From NCBI RefSeq assembly GCF_018350175.1, contig NC_058369.1, forward strand, positions 10,480,001 through 10,544,000: a stretch of DNA of 64,000 nt, read 5' to 3'. Both the position numbers and the translations under genes were made by a program. Shown here piece by piece: positions 11,337-23,985 of this stretch. The DNA is from Felis catus. Lineage: Eukaryota. The notes under the pieces were generated by a model, which did no database searches, was not told the DNA's origin, and worked only from the letters and a program-made list of their open reading frames with translations. How positions within the stretch are numbered: position 1 is the stretch's first letter; each line of letters starts with the position of its first letter.

Positions 11337-12193
11337 TGTGGGGGCCCTAGCAATGAGGACCACAGTCGGAAGGCTCAAGGAATGGTTGAAGCCAGCAGCT
11401 GCCAGCTAAGAGTCCCTGAGTCGAGCAGGGGAGGGTCGTGGAGGGATGGCTGCCTTTGGAAGAGGAAAAGACAGACGGCTGGACATTAAGGGAGGAAGAA
11501 ACAGCTTCTCTTGTCCCCAGAAGGCCATCTTGGAGCCTCGCTTGGAGAATAAACCTCCTTTCCTCTTTGTCGGTGACAGGATCCAGACCCCAGCATGTGC
11601 ATACTTAGCTTATGTCACTAAATCTGGACGGACTCACCTCTAGTGTTCTGGGAAGCAGCTCTGAATATTAACAGCAGCAGCAGCAAGAGTCCTGAAGCAG
11701 AAAGAAACCAGTGAGAAGACAAAAAGAGGAGTGTGGAGCTCTGGTGTTAATGGTCATTGCCTCCTGGAGTGTGGAGCTCTGGTGTTAGTTCCTGGTGGCA
11801 TGGTCATTGCCTCCTGGGGAGGTGGGTCAGCTTTCCAGCAGTAGCCACAGGGCTCTCGGACCTTTCGTGGAACTGAGGGCTCAGTTTTTGCCCTTCACAT
11901 CCCTTGACTCCCAGAGGAGTCCGTCACTAACAGACACATCCTCACGGAGCCTCAGTGCTATAGGTAAGGGGACAGAATATACACAGGTGACGTCAGGGAC
12001 ACAGGTAGAAATTCCAACCTTTCCCGGCGGAGGGAGTGAATCTTGAAGCACAAAGTCCTCAGACTGGCCAGGTTCTTAGTTCTCTGGCAATGGCAGAAAT
12101 CTACCCTGAGGATTTCTCTCCCAGGGTCACTGTCCCCTCTTTGACATACATGTTTTGGGGCACACGAGAAGAACGTGGGTTTGGGCGTCAGAC

Positions 12194-12244
12194 AGCCCCA
12201 AGTCTGAGCCCTAGCTCACAGCAGTATCAGCAGGGCAGGGAGCC
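12194..12244 (-). pseudogene. Locus A exon 2 with nonsense codon (GLPALLILL*ARAQTWG)
   Basis: Aligns to gene B exon 2 at the same 51-nt length. GGA has become TGA at 12216-12218, and the donor gtctga is weak. Confidence 0.7.
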
Positions 12245-13177
12245 CTGGAGTCAAGAGAGTGGGGGGAGCTGATGACAACTAAGGGCACCGTCAGGTAGAG
12301 CCACCGTCTCCTGGTTAAGAGGCCTCTCCAGGTGCAGCGCCCATGAGTTCTGTGGTTCCTTGCAAGCGAGCTCTTGGCCCTCCCGTGGCGCACTGAGGGC
12401 ACAGCCTTTCCCTTTATCCCCCAGTCTCGTCCTGAGCGATGGGTCACTGGACAGGCTCTCTGGTATACACACCATTGCAGACGCGAAGGAATCTACTCTA
12501 CAGGCAATCACTGGGCCACCTGTTAGAGTTTCTCCTTCCATTTGTGGGAGGCAATGAACCCTATGAAAATCTTTTCATATCTGTGTGCCTTTATAGGATT
12601 TTCCTAGAATGTGCCCAGCATTAAAATCCTGTTCCACAAATCAGATGATAAGAAATGTGGCTATTTTCAAATTTTTTAAAGTTTATTCATTTTTGAGAGA
12701 GAGAGAGATAGAGACAGAGTGTGAGCAGGGGAGGGGTAGAGAGAGAGAGAGAGAGAGGGAGACACAGAATCCGAAGCAGGCTCCAGGCTCCGAGCTGTCA
12801 GCACAGAGCCTGACACGGAGCTCGTACCCATGAACCACAAGATCATGTCCTGAGCCGAAGTCGGACGCTCAACTGAGCCACTCAGACACCTCGAGATGTG
12901 GCTATTTTCATGACCACCAGGAAACAAAATTACAAGCAATAAAGACAATATGTAAGGAACGCTTAACTTACTGTGTAACAGGTATCATACTAAGCATTGA
13001 GGGAAAGAAAGACTAATCAGAATTAAGTTGACTTTGCTATTATGCACTGTTATTGTCCTTTAAACCATGCTGTGACCCACACAAAGCCTATGGGCTAAAG
13101 GATGATATTTTTCTTAGCTCATAGAGTTTTTAGAGAATTTGCTATATAGTTTTGTGAAAAAAAATAGTATAGGTAAC

Positions 13178-13840
13178 ATGATGGTTAATTTCATGTAACA
13201 GATTTGGCTGGGCCACAGCACTCAGATATATGGTCAAACATTAGTCTAGATATCTCTGGGCAGGTGTTTTTTTTTTTCAGATGAGAGAAACAGTTAAATC
13301 AGTAGACTCTGAGTAAAGCAGATTATCTTCCATAATCTGGGTGGGCCTCATCCAATCAGTTGAAGTCCTTAGGAAAAACAAAAAGAGTCTGACCTCTTTC
13401 GAGGAAGAGGGAATTCTGCCTCCAGACTGACTTTGGACTTGACATAGAACATCAAATCTCCCCTGGGTTTCCAGCCTGCTGGCCTGCCCTGCAGAATTTC
13501 AGCTTCCCAACCTGCACAATCTCATGACCAACTCCTTTTTTTTTTTTTTTTTAATTTTTTTTTTCAACGTTTATTTATTTTTGGGACAGAGAGACAGAGC
13601 ATGAACAGGGGAGGGGCCGAGAGAGAGGGAGACACAGAATCGGAAACAGGCTCCGGGCTCTGAGCCATCAGCCCAGAGCCCGATGCGGGGCTCGAACTCA
13701 CGGACCGCGAGATCGTGACCTGGCTGAAGTCGGACGCTTAACCGACTGGCCACCCAGGCGCCCCATGAACCAACTCCTTAAAATGAATGAATCTCTCCCC
13801 CTTTCTCTCTCTCTCTCTTTCTCACTCTGTCTCTCTCTTT

Positions 13841-13875
<35 letters not shown>

Positions 13876-13915
13876 TGTATTGGCTCTGTTTTTCTGGAGA
13901 AACTGGACTGATATA
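13178..13915 (+). mobile_element. MLT2-like ERVL solo LTR interrupted by a young SINE (13535-13763)
   Basis: tgatggttaatttcatg...gggtgggcctcatccaatcagttgaag...tttctggagaa pattern. Confidence 0.7.
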
Positions 13916-14157
13916 GGTAGTAAAAGGAGAAATCTTTGTTGGATTGGCCCTGGGAATAAGTTTCACTGATTATCTCCTTTGAGACTTAATACAAGTGAGC
14001 TAATATCCTTCTCAACATCTCCCCTTCGTCTTTGGTAGAGAAAGTGGGAAAAAAAACAAACAAACCAGAGTCTCAGGAACACAGAATATTCTCTAACTGG
14101 TTAGAGAGTTCCCAGATAGCTTTAGTTATCTGTCACTATTGTTATAATTCTACCTAC

Positions 14158-14185
14158 CTGGCAGCAGTCGATATCTGTTCCTCAT
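14158..14185 (-). CDS. Locus A exon 1 (MRNRYRLLP-G), ADGRE-family first coding exon
   Basis: accATG, 28 nt, phase 1. Donor context CCAG|gtaggtagaatt is identical to gene B exon 1. Confidence 0.7.
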
Positions 14186-14224
14186 GGTGCGGACCTCTGC
14201 TCTTGGTCTGTGCGTGTTACAAAG

Positions 14225-14236
14225 ACTTCCTATTTT
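14225..14236 (-). promoter_or_regulatory. ETS/PU.1-like motif (AAAATAGGAAGT) just upstream of the locus A ATG
   Basis: Motif match only, about 40-50 nt 5' of the ATG. Plausible for a myeloid TATA-less promoter. Confidence 0.3.
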
Positions 14237-14656
14237 AGGTCTGACTTGGGCCCTAGAGGAGCCGATTTAGGAAACTGCTTGCCTGGATCCTTTCTTTCCC
14301 CCTAATCTGTCCTGTGATTAACTTCCCAGAAACTCCACTTCTATTTTTTAAATATTTGCATAGCATTACTGGTATTTGTACTGAAAGCTTCCATGAAAGT
14401 GGTTTTCAAATGTTTGTGATACAGGAAGATGTGATCCTGTGTAATCCATGTCTGGTCTAGAACTAAGGTGTTTTTATTCTTCAGCAATACTCATCGCAGC
14501 CTTAGACTCATATGTATTGGCGAAGGAAAATGCTCCTGATAGGTTTCAAAAGATGAGAAAAACGTCCCCAAATGTTCCACTGGTCTGTGTGGTGGAACTA
14601 TAGTGAGATTCTTTGTTTGCATTGTTTAAATCTCCTTTGTTTTCTACCTGGCCATG

Positions 14657-15146
14657 TGTGTGATTAGTCTGCTCGCCCTGCAGTAATAACAGAGTATCAA
14701 CTGGGAGGCTCAAACCACAGAAATGTATCTTCTCAGTTCTGGAGGCTGGATTCCAAGATGAAGGTGCCGGGAGGGTTGGCTCCTGGTGAGAGCTCTCTCT
14801 TGGCTTGTGGATGGCCACCTACTCCTTGTGTCTGCATGTGACCTTTCCTTGTGTGTGGAGAGGGAGAGGGTGAGAGAGAGAGAGAGAGAGACAGAGAAAA
14901 AGAGAGAGGGAGAGGGAAAAGGAGAGGGAGAGAGAGATCACTGGTGTTTCTTCCTTTTCTTACAAGGACACTTTTAGAGCCCCACCCTTATAACCACATT
15001 TAACCTTAATTACTCCTAAAAAGTCCTGTCTGTAAATACAGTCTCACGTGCGTGTGTGTGTGTGTGGGGGGGGGGGGGTGGGTGGGTGGGTGGCGGTGTT
15101 TAGGGCTTCAACCTATGAATTTTGGGGGGATATGATTCAATCCACA
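14657..15146 (-). mobile_element. MLT1-like MaLR LTR
   Basis: cagttctggaggctgg..ccaagatgaaggtgcc and gggcttcaacctatgaattt motifs. Confidence 0.7.
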
Positions 15147-15199
15147 AAACTGTGTGTTATTTAATATCTAGGAAAAAATAAATTTTAGTGAAGAAAAGA

Positions 15200-16545
15200 T
15201 ATGCTGGTTTCTCCCTAACTTCTGAAGGATTTTTTTTTTTTTTTTATGGATATAAGATTCTGGACTGACTCTAATCTTTTCTCTCGATACCTGAAAGATG
15301 TTGTACTACGTTCCATTGGCACCCATGATTTCTGATAAGAAATGAACAGATATCTGAAATGTTTGTTCCCTTAGGGATGAGGTATCATTATCTCTCATTG
15401 CTTTCAAGGATTTTTTTCTTTGCCTTTAGCTATCAAAAATTTGATCATGATGTATCTTGGCCCTAATTTGTTTGAGCCGATACTGTTTGGAGTTTCCTCA
15501 GCTGCTTCTTCTTCTTTTAAGTTTATTTCTTCATTTTGAGAGACAGAGCCAAAACAGGGGAGGGGCAGAGAGAGGGAGAGACAGAATCGCAAGCAGGCTC
15601 CGCACCTCAGCACAGAGGCCCGACGCGGGGCTCGAACTCACAAACTGTGAGATCATGACCTGAGCAGAGATTGAGAGTCGGACGCCTAACTGATTGAGCC
15701 ACCAGACACGCCATGGAGTTTCCTCAGCTTCTTGAATTTATATGTTCTTGTCTTTTCGAAATTTGAGAAATTTTAGACATTTTTTTCCCCTCTGAATAAT
15801 TTTTCAGTTCTGTATTCTCTATCTCCCTCTGGAATTTAGTGACAGATATCTTAAACTTTTTTTTTTTTTGTAGTCCCATAGGTCCCTGAGACTCTGCTAA
15901 TTGTTTTGTAGTTTATTTTGTCTGTTTTGTTCAGATTGGGCAAATCATATTGTTTTGTCTTCAGTTCACTGATTTTTTCCCCCCTTTCTTCTTTCTCTAT
16001 CCTGCTAGTAAGCCCATCCAGTAGAGTTTTTATTTCAGGTTTTGTATTTTTCAGGCCTCAAGTTTCTGTTATCCTTACATCATGTTTCTTTTTTTTCCCC
16101 CGTTTGATGGATAGTGCTGTCATTTCATTTTTTAAAAATTTTGGGGCGCCTGGGTGGCGCAGTCGGTTAAGCGTCCGACTTCAGCCAGGTCACGATCTCG
16201 CGGTCCGTGAGTTTGAGCCCCGCGTCGGGCTCTGGGCTGATGGCTCGGAGCCTGGAGCCTGTTTCCGATTCTGTGTCTCCCTCTCTCTCTGCCCCTCGCC
16301 CGTTCATGCTCTGTCTCTCTCTGTCCCAAAAATAAATAAACGTTGAAAAAAAAATTAAAAAAAAATTAAATTCAAGTTAGTGAACATGCAGTGTACTCTT
16401 GGCTTCAGGAGTAGAACCCAGGGATTCATCTCTTACGTATGGACACCCAGTGCTCATCCCAACAAGTGCCTTCCTTAATTACCATCGCCTCCCACCCAAC
16501 ACCTCTCCAGAAACCCTTAGTCTGTGCTCTGTAGTATTCCATTGT

Positions 16546-16577
<32 letters not shown>

Positions 16578-17200
16578 GTCCACATCAATGGCCATTTGAG
16601 CTCCTTCCATACCTTGGCTATTGTTGCTAGTGCTGCTATAAACATGGGAGTGCATGTGCCCCTTCGAAATAGCACACCTGTATCCCTTGGGTACATGCCT
16701 AGTAGTGCAATTGCTGGGTCATGGGGTAGTTCTATTTGTAGTTTTTTGAGGAATCTCCACACTGTTTCCCAGAGTGGCTGCACTAACTTGCATTCCCACC
16801 AACAATGCAAAAGAGATCCTCTTTCTCTGCATCCTCGCCAACATCTGGTGTTTCCTGAGATGTTAATTTTAGCCATTCGGACAGATGTGAGGTATATATC
16901 ATCTGTTTCTTCATCAAAGTTCTCTGTTTCTTTGCTAAGACTTTCCAGTTTTTCATTTGCTTCAGAAAAGTTTGTCATTGCTCATTAGAGCATTTTTTTT
17001 ATGATGGTTGCTTTAAAATATTTGTCAGATAATTCTAACCTTTGTGTCATCTCGAGTTGAGGTGTTCCTGGTTCTTGGGAGGACAGTGATTTTTAAAACG
17101 GTGCCCTTGATATTTGTGGTATGTTTTGAAACTGGATTTTATTAAAATCTTCTGTTTGGGCAGACTTCTCTGATATCATGCGAGGAGTCAAGGGAAGATT
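15200..17200 (-). mobile_element. Old L1 with nested SINEs and a younger L1 3' piece (about 16365-16896)
   Basis: ORF 16517-16978 encodes the L1 ORF2 C-terminus. SINEs at about 15515-15712 and 16143-16365. Confidence 0.65.
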
Positions 17201-18099
17201 TGCTGGCAAGTGAGGGTGGGAATCCAAGCTGCCAGTGCAGAACCTGACGTGGGGCTCGAACCCAAGAGCATGAGATCGTGACCTGAGCTGAAGTTGGACG
17301 CTTAACTACCTGAGCCACCCGGCCACCCCAGCTGTGTTTTGTTTTAACATAAAGGTTTTCCTACCATGTTTACTTTGCTCTCAACTTATTCTTCAGTCAG
17401 TGATGTTTTGGGAGAGTTTTTGGATGTCACTGAATAAAGATCCACGCCTTTCTTTTTGGCCACTGTTCCAAATATACAGATTACAAAATACATTATATTT
17501 TGCCTTTCTCCTTTTTTAATGCACATGTAGATGGCCTCTCCTTTCCCATTGCTACAATAATGCTGCCGTAAGTGTCTCAAAAATACCTGAAGGAGAACTT
17601 CTGTAAATTTCTTTAGCAGAGCTATCTGGTGGTTTACACACTGTGTTGCCAGAGCATATACATTTTACATTGTAATAAATTTTGCAACTCTTCTATTCAA
17701 TGAGACGGTATCAAATTACCCAGGTGCTATAGGAGAGGATCAACTTTCCACATGCAATCAAACCTACCCCTGTCATACCTTTTTTTTTTTTTTTTCATTT
17801 TTAACATGAAAAATTTGCTGATTGGTGGCTTACGTGACCTCTCTGCTCATTTAGAAGGAAATTAACAGAAGAAAGTCACAGGAACTTAAAATTGTCATGC
17901 CCATTATACACTTGTGGATAGGGGAAAAGTCAAAGACATCCAGAATATAAGCCAGTCTCTGAAGGATACACAGTTTCTTTCATCGATAGAAGGACATGGC
18001 CAGTCTGGGCGATCTGTAAAGGACACTTCAGTTTTACAATTCTGTTTCTACTTAACCATTAGGAGGCTTAGGGTTTACAGACGTCTTGGGATCTTTAAA

Positions 18100-18957
18100 A
18101 AAACTTTTATTTAAATTTTAATTGGCCAACATACAGTGCAGTGGTTTCGGGAGTAGAATTCAGTGATTCATCACTTTACATATAACACTCAGTGCTCATC
18201 ACAGCAAGTGCCCTCCTTGGGACCTGTCAGCCATCTAGCTCATTCCTCACTCACTCCCATCCACCAACCCTCAGTTTGTGCTTTATCGTTAAGAATCTTT
18301 TGTGGTTTGTTTCCCTCTCTTCTCCCCCTCCGTATATTCATCTATTTTGTTTCTTTTAAAAAATTTTTTAAAAATGTTTATTTATTTTTTTTTTTAATTT
18401 TTTTTTTCAACGTTTATTTTTTGGGACAGAGAGAGACAGAGCATGAACGGGGGAGGGGCAGAGAGAGAGGGAGACACAGAATCGGAAACAGGCTCCAGGC
18501 TCCGAGCCATCAGCCCGGAGCCCGACGCGGGGCTCGAACTCACGGACCGCGAGATCGTGACCTGGCTGAAGTCGGACGCTCAACCGACTGCGCCACCCAG
18601 GCGCCCCTTTTTATTTATTTTTTAGAGACAGACAGAGCGTGAGCAGGGGAGGGACAGAGAGACAGGGAGGCACAGAATCTGAAGCAGGATGCGGGCTCTG
18701 GGCTGTCAGCACAGAGCCCGATGCGGGGCTCGAACTCACAAGCTGTGAGATCATGACTTGAGTCAAAGTCAGCTGCCCAACCCACTGAGCCACACAGGTG
18801 CCCCTGTTTTATTTCTTAAATTCCACATATAAATGAAATCATATGGTGTTTGTCTTTCTCTATTTGACTTATCTTGCTTAGCATAATACATTCTAGCTCC
18901 ATCCATGTCATTGCAAATGACAAGATTTCATTTTTTCTGATGGCCGAGTAATATTCC

Positions 18958-18991
<34 letters not shown>

Positions 18992-18995
18992 CCAC
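18100..18995 (-). mobile_element. L1 3' end with two tandem Can-SINEs (about 18385-18805)
   Basis: L1 3'UTR motifs and SINE consensus. Confidence 0.75.
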
Positions 18996-19864
18996 ATCTT
19001 TATTTGTTCATTGGTAGGAATCCCGAAATTATACATTATCAAATGTTTTCATCCCCCTGCTTTGTTGGGTAAACAATTTATCTTAACGCCATATGAATTT
19101 GTATCTTCATTAACAGTGTTTTTACAATTTTCACATCTTTGTATTTTCATGGTGCTTTCTGTGAATTATATACTCCTATCTTTTGCACACTCTATTTTAG
19201 TTATTGTATTTTTCTTATTGACTTTAAGGCGTTAAGAATATATTGTGTGTATGTTTGCATGTACTCCATCTAGATATCTTTTGTAAAATAATGCAAATGT
19301 TTTTATTATATAAAATGAGTTCAGACTCTGAATGTGGTGACTTATCAACATAACCTTTTCCCCCCCTGAAAACCTTGTCACCTGCTTTATTTCTGGAGAA
19401 GGGTAAAGGAAGAAGAGAAAATATTGACTTGAATTTGAGGAGCAGTTAAATTGGAAGCAAAACTACCAACAATTTTAGACTTTTAAGGTTATTCTTGTCA
19501 ATAAAGGGAATACTGAAACTTCCTAGTTGAAAACTAAAGCTATAAATATTTTCTCAGAGCAAGATCATCCATTTTCACAGGGATACAAGAATAAAGAACA
19601 ACAAACCCAATAGCACCGGATGGGGTTTTAACACAGAAAATAAGGCCAAGTTTCTCCTTTCAAATGCAGATTCTTTAGAACAAACTGAGGGTTGATGGAA
19701 CAAGGTGTGTGGGAGATGAGCTAGATGGGTGATGGGTGTTAAGGAGGTCACTTGTGATGAGCCCTGGGTGTTGTAAGTGATGAATCACTGAATTCTACTC
19801 CTGAACAAAATTGCACTAACATTCACTAAAATTTAAATAAATTTAAAAAAGAAAAAAAAGCAAA

Positions 19865-19911
<47 letters not shown>

Positions 19912-21759
19912 GTATATATATATATATATATATTTTTTCCTTTTAAGTAGGCTTTAAGTCCAGCACAGAGCCCAGTGCAGGGTTTGATATGCCCACAGTC
20001 ATGAGATCAAGACCTGAACTGAAATCAAGAGTTGGACACTTAAGTGACTGAGCTGCCCACGTGCCCATCAAATGCAGATTTTAATTAACGTATGCTTATC
20101 AATCACAGTTGTATTCCTTCTTTTTTTAAACATTATTTTTTTAAGTGATCTCTACATCCAGCGTGGGGCTTGGCCTCACCACCCCAAGATCAAGAGTCAT
20201 GTACTTCACGGACTGAGCTAGTTAGGTGTCCCCGGAAGTAGTCTCTGTTAATTCAACTCTTCTCTCATCCTTAACAGGAACCCCAGGAACCTGAAGAGCA
20301 TGTGTGTTATTAACCAGATACGATCCGGCAGCTCCTTCCGAGCTGGAGTCTGACTACTAATAGACTGGCACAGCTCAGGACTGCTCCCAGAAAGAGGAAT
20401 CTGTAGCTAAGTTGGCAGGTGGGACAGATACTGAGGGTGCCACCAGGCAAACAGTTGACCACTGTGCAATGGGTCCAGGAAGATGTGGACTCTGTTTGCC
20501 GTATGGTTTTGGGCCACCATGGACAGGGGTACCCTGGAACACCAGCGTCACTTGATGATTCTCTGTGTCCACATTCACACTGATAACGAACAGTGTAAAT
20601 GCCAACCCTATTACAATTGCAATAAAGAAGAAATTGAGAGTGGTGTCACCATAAACTTATAATTTCGTTTTGGTCCAGGTTTTCAATTATTTACTGTATG
20701 AGTTTTGCTTTAATCTTGCCTGGGATGTTGTCCTTCATTTTCTAATATTTTAATAATCTTGGTAGATTTTGATGTGCCTGGAATTTGTTCATTCCTAAGT
20801 GGATAGCCTGTTGTCCTGGCACCATTTATTGAGAGAATTTGTGACTTCCCTGACTTCACATTCAGTGTTTCAAACGTTGAATTGAAATGCTATTTCTATG
20901 GAACGTCACATTGCTGTAGATGATGTATTCTTTAGGTTTTTTTCATTGACTCATTTTCTATTCCTGGAACAATACCACATGTTAAAAACTGCCATGGTTT
21001 TGTTTTTGTAGATGTTATGACACAAATCCCTGTGTTTTCTTTCAAATAACTTTAAATCTGGGCTTGAATAAGGAGAGACTTTACTTAGAAGGACTATTGT
21101 TTGTAGGGAGAAGATTCTCAGAAATCCATGAGTATCTCAAAATCATATGGAAAAATATTTTTATTTTATAGGGCAAAGGAAGAAGCAGGCGGAGCTAAGC
21201 AGGGTCTTTGGAGGGGAAGCTGGACCAATAAGAGGAAATTATCAGTGTGTTGTGGCAAAAAGAGGGTCCTGCTGTGGTCAGCCAATTCCCAGGAGAGGCT
21301 GATGGCAAGGGTGTGTTCCACTTTTTGGGTACTTGCTCAGGCTTGAGGGTAAGCAGAAGTCAGGGGCCTGTAGGAAAGAGAGAAGCCTGATGAAAGTTCA
21401 GTCAAGAAAAAGCAAAGAGCAAGAAATGGCCCATTGTGAGCACCTAATTGCTTATTCTTCTTTGTAAGTGGCCTATCTCTTCTGTCACATTTTTTCTTCT
21501 AAATACACTTTACGGCCAGTTTACTAAAGTCTGTGAAAATGTCTTGGGACTTTGACTGCTGTTGCATTGACTGTGTAGATGAACTTGGAGGTAGTAACTT
21601 TTTTTACAGTATTAAGACTTTTCCATCACTACTAACACAACTCTCTCTCTTTGTGTAGGTTATGATTTCTTTCAGTTACACCTTACAGTTTTCTCCTTGA
21701 GAACTTCATGCGTTTCTTATGGGACTGTTCTTAGGTGCTGTTGAGGTTTTATTTTATTT

Positions 21760-22014
21760 TTTTAATTTTAAGTTTATTTATTCATTTTGAGAGAGACAGA
21801 GAGAGCAAGGCGGGGAGGGGCAGAGACAGAAGGAGAGAGCGAGAGCGAGAGCGAGAGAGAGAATCCCAAGCAGGCTCTGCACTGTCAGTACAGAGCCTGA
21901 TGTGGGGCTTGAACTCATGAAATGCGAGACCATGACCTGAGCCGAAATCAAGAGTCAGACGCTTAACCGACTAAGCCACCCAGGGAGCTCCTGTTGAGGT
22001 TTTATTTTTAAATT

Positions 22015-22053
<39 letters not shown>

Positions 22054-22760
22054 GATGTTTGTTTATTTTGAGAGAGAGAGAGACAGAGAGACAGAGAGAG
22101 TGCGAGCAGGGGGAGGGGCAGAGAGAGGGAGACACAGAATCTGAAACAGGTTCCAGGCTCCGAGCTGTCAGCACAGAGCCTATCACGGGGCTTGAACCCA
22201 TGAACCATGAGATCATGACCTGAGCTGAAGCTGGACGTTCAACAGACTGAGCCACCCAGGCGCCCATTATTATTATTATTTTTTAATTTTTTTTTCAACG
22301 TTTTTTATTTATTTTTGGGACAGAGAGAGACAGAGCATGAACGGGGGAGGGGCAGAGAGAGAGGGAGACACAGAATCGGAAACAGGCTCCAGGCTAGGAG
22401 ACATCAGCCCAGAGCCCGACGCGGGGCTCGAACTCACGAACCACGAGATCGTGACCTGGCTGAAGTCGGACGCTTAACCGACTGCGCCACCCAGGCGCCC
22501 CTCATTATTTTGAAATTTAAACAGCTCTTTGTATTTTTATTTTATTTTTTTATTAACATTTTTTCTTACTGTTTATTTTTGAGAGAGAGAGAGAGACAGA
22601 GCATGAGCAGGGGAGGGGCAGAGAGAGAGGGAGACAGAATCTGAAGCGGGCTCCAGGCCCCGAGCTCTCCACCCTGCGCGGGGCTCAAATTCACAAACTG
22701 CGAGATCATGAGCTGAGCCGAAGTCGGACCCTTAACTGACTGAGCCGCCAAGCGCCCCTC
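21760..22760 (-). mobile_element. Cluster of four head-to-tail Can-SINEs
   Basis: Four consecutive minus-strand SINE bodies separated by A-rich tails. Confidence 0.85.
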
Positions 22761-23759
22761 AGCTCTTTGTATTTTAAAATTTATTTTTCCTTTGGTAGAA
22801 AAACCATTGCATTTTGAATGTTGCCCTTGCTTTCAGCATGTTAGTGAACTCAGTATTTTCCAGTGAATTCTCTGAAGCTTTCTTGGCAGACAATTACACA
22901 CTCTTTCTTTCCGCTCCGTTAGGTTGAACTTGGAGATAGCATAAAGAATTGTGAGCCGGTTCAGCTATTGAGTTTCAAAGTAGTTTGAAACGGGGGCACC
23001 TGGCTGGCTCGGTAGAACATGCAACTCTTGATCTCAGGGTCGTGAGTTCAAGCCCCACATTGGGTATGAAGCCTCCTTAAAAAAAAAAAAAAAGGTAAAA
23101 CAAATCATTTTGGAATCAGTAGTTAACGTGGGGACCGTGTGATTGGTCCATAAGTCCTGCTTCCTAAGCAAAGGAGAAAGTCCAACGATTCTTCAATCAG
23201 AATCTGTAGTTTAACAAAAGATACCAGACGTTCTGTAGACAAAAGGAATTTCAAGCATTGTGGGCAAAACACTAGTTAAGAATTAGGGTTGGGATATGTC
23301 ATGCCTTATGCTTTGCTTTTCAGCAACTGTATTCTTGCCTTTACCTGGAGTGGGCACCTCATTTAAAACATTAAAACATTTACTTTTGATAATAAGTAAG
23401 AACATGAATACAGTTTTTTGTTGTAAAAATACGACACCACAAAGCACAAGAGAGATCTGACTGATCCTCACCTGACCTAACCTCCCTTAAATAGGTTTTC
23501 TCTACTATTACTGAATTATAATTTGTTTTGCCAAACATAGGATCTATGACTTAATTATGAGAGTTAAACAAGACTCTATCCATGTAAACATTCAAATGTT
23601 ACTACACTTAAGCTTTTAAAGTTATATAGCATTGTAGTACAGACACCCAACAACTTGACCTCACTTTTTATCGTATGTGGAGATTTTTCTGTGTCAACAT
23701 AGGTACCAGTGATTTGGTCTTTGTGTCTGTGGAACTGGCATTCCTTAAAACTGAAATAA

Positions 23760-23985
23760 GGGGCGCCTGGGTGGCGCAGTCAGTTAAGCGTCCGACTTCA
23801 GCCAGGTCACGATCTCGCGGTCCGTGAGTTCGAGCCCCGCGTCAGGCTCTGGGCTGATGGCTCGGAGCCTTGGAGCCTGTTTCCGATTCTGTGTCTCCCT
23901 CTCTCTCTGCCCCTCCCCCGTTCATGCTCTGTCTCTCTCTGTCCCAAAAATAAATAAAAAAAAGTTGAAAAAAAAATTTTAAAAC
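23760..23985 (+). mobile_element. Young feline Can-SINE
   Basis: CpG-intact consensus, TSD ttaaaactgaaataa. Confidence 0.9.

Noticed and set aside
11729..11818. Short local duplication (gagtgtggagctctggtgtta / atggtcattgcctcctg, each twice)
   Set aside because: Simple slippage duplication in a dead intron, with no sign of function.
12216..12218. TGA as selenocysteine or programmed read-through
   Set aside because: It aligns to a Gly codon in a signal peptide, no SECIS is evident, and the next exon is also broken.
22315..22644. Recurrent ORF family [25 protein letters not shown] (also 8807, 16132, 18163, 31647, 59076)
   Set aside because: Antisense translation of Can-SINEs, not a gene family.
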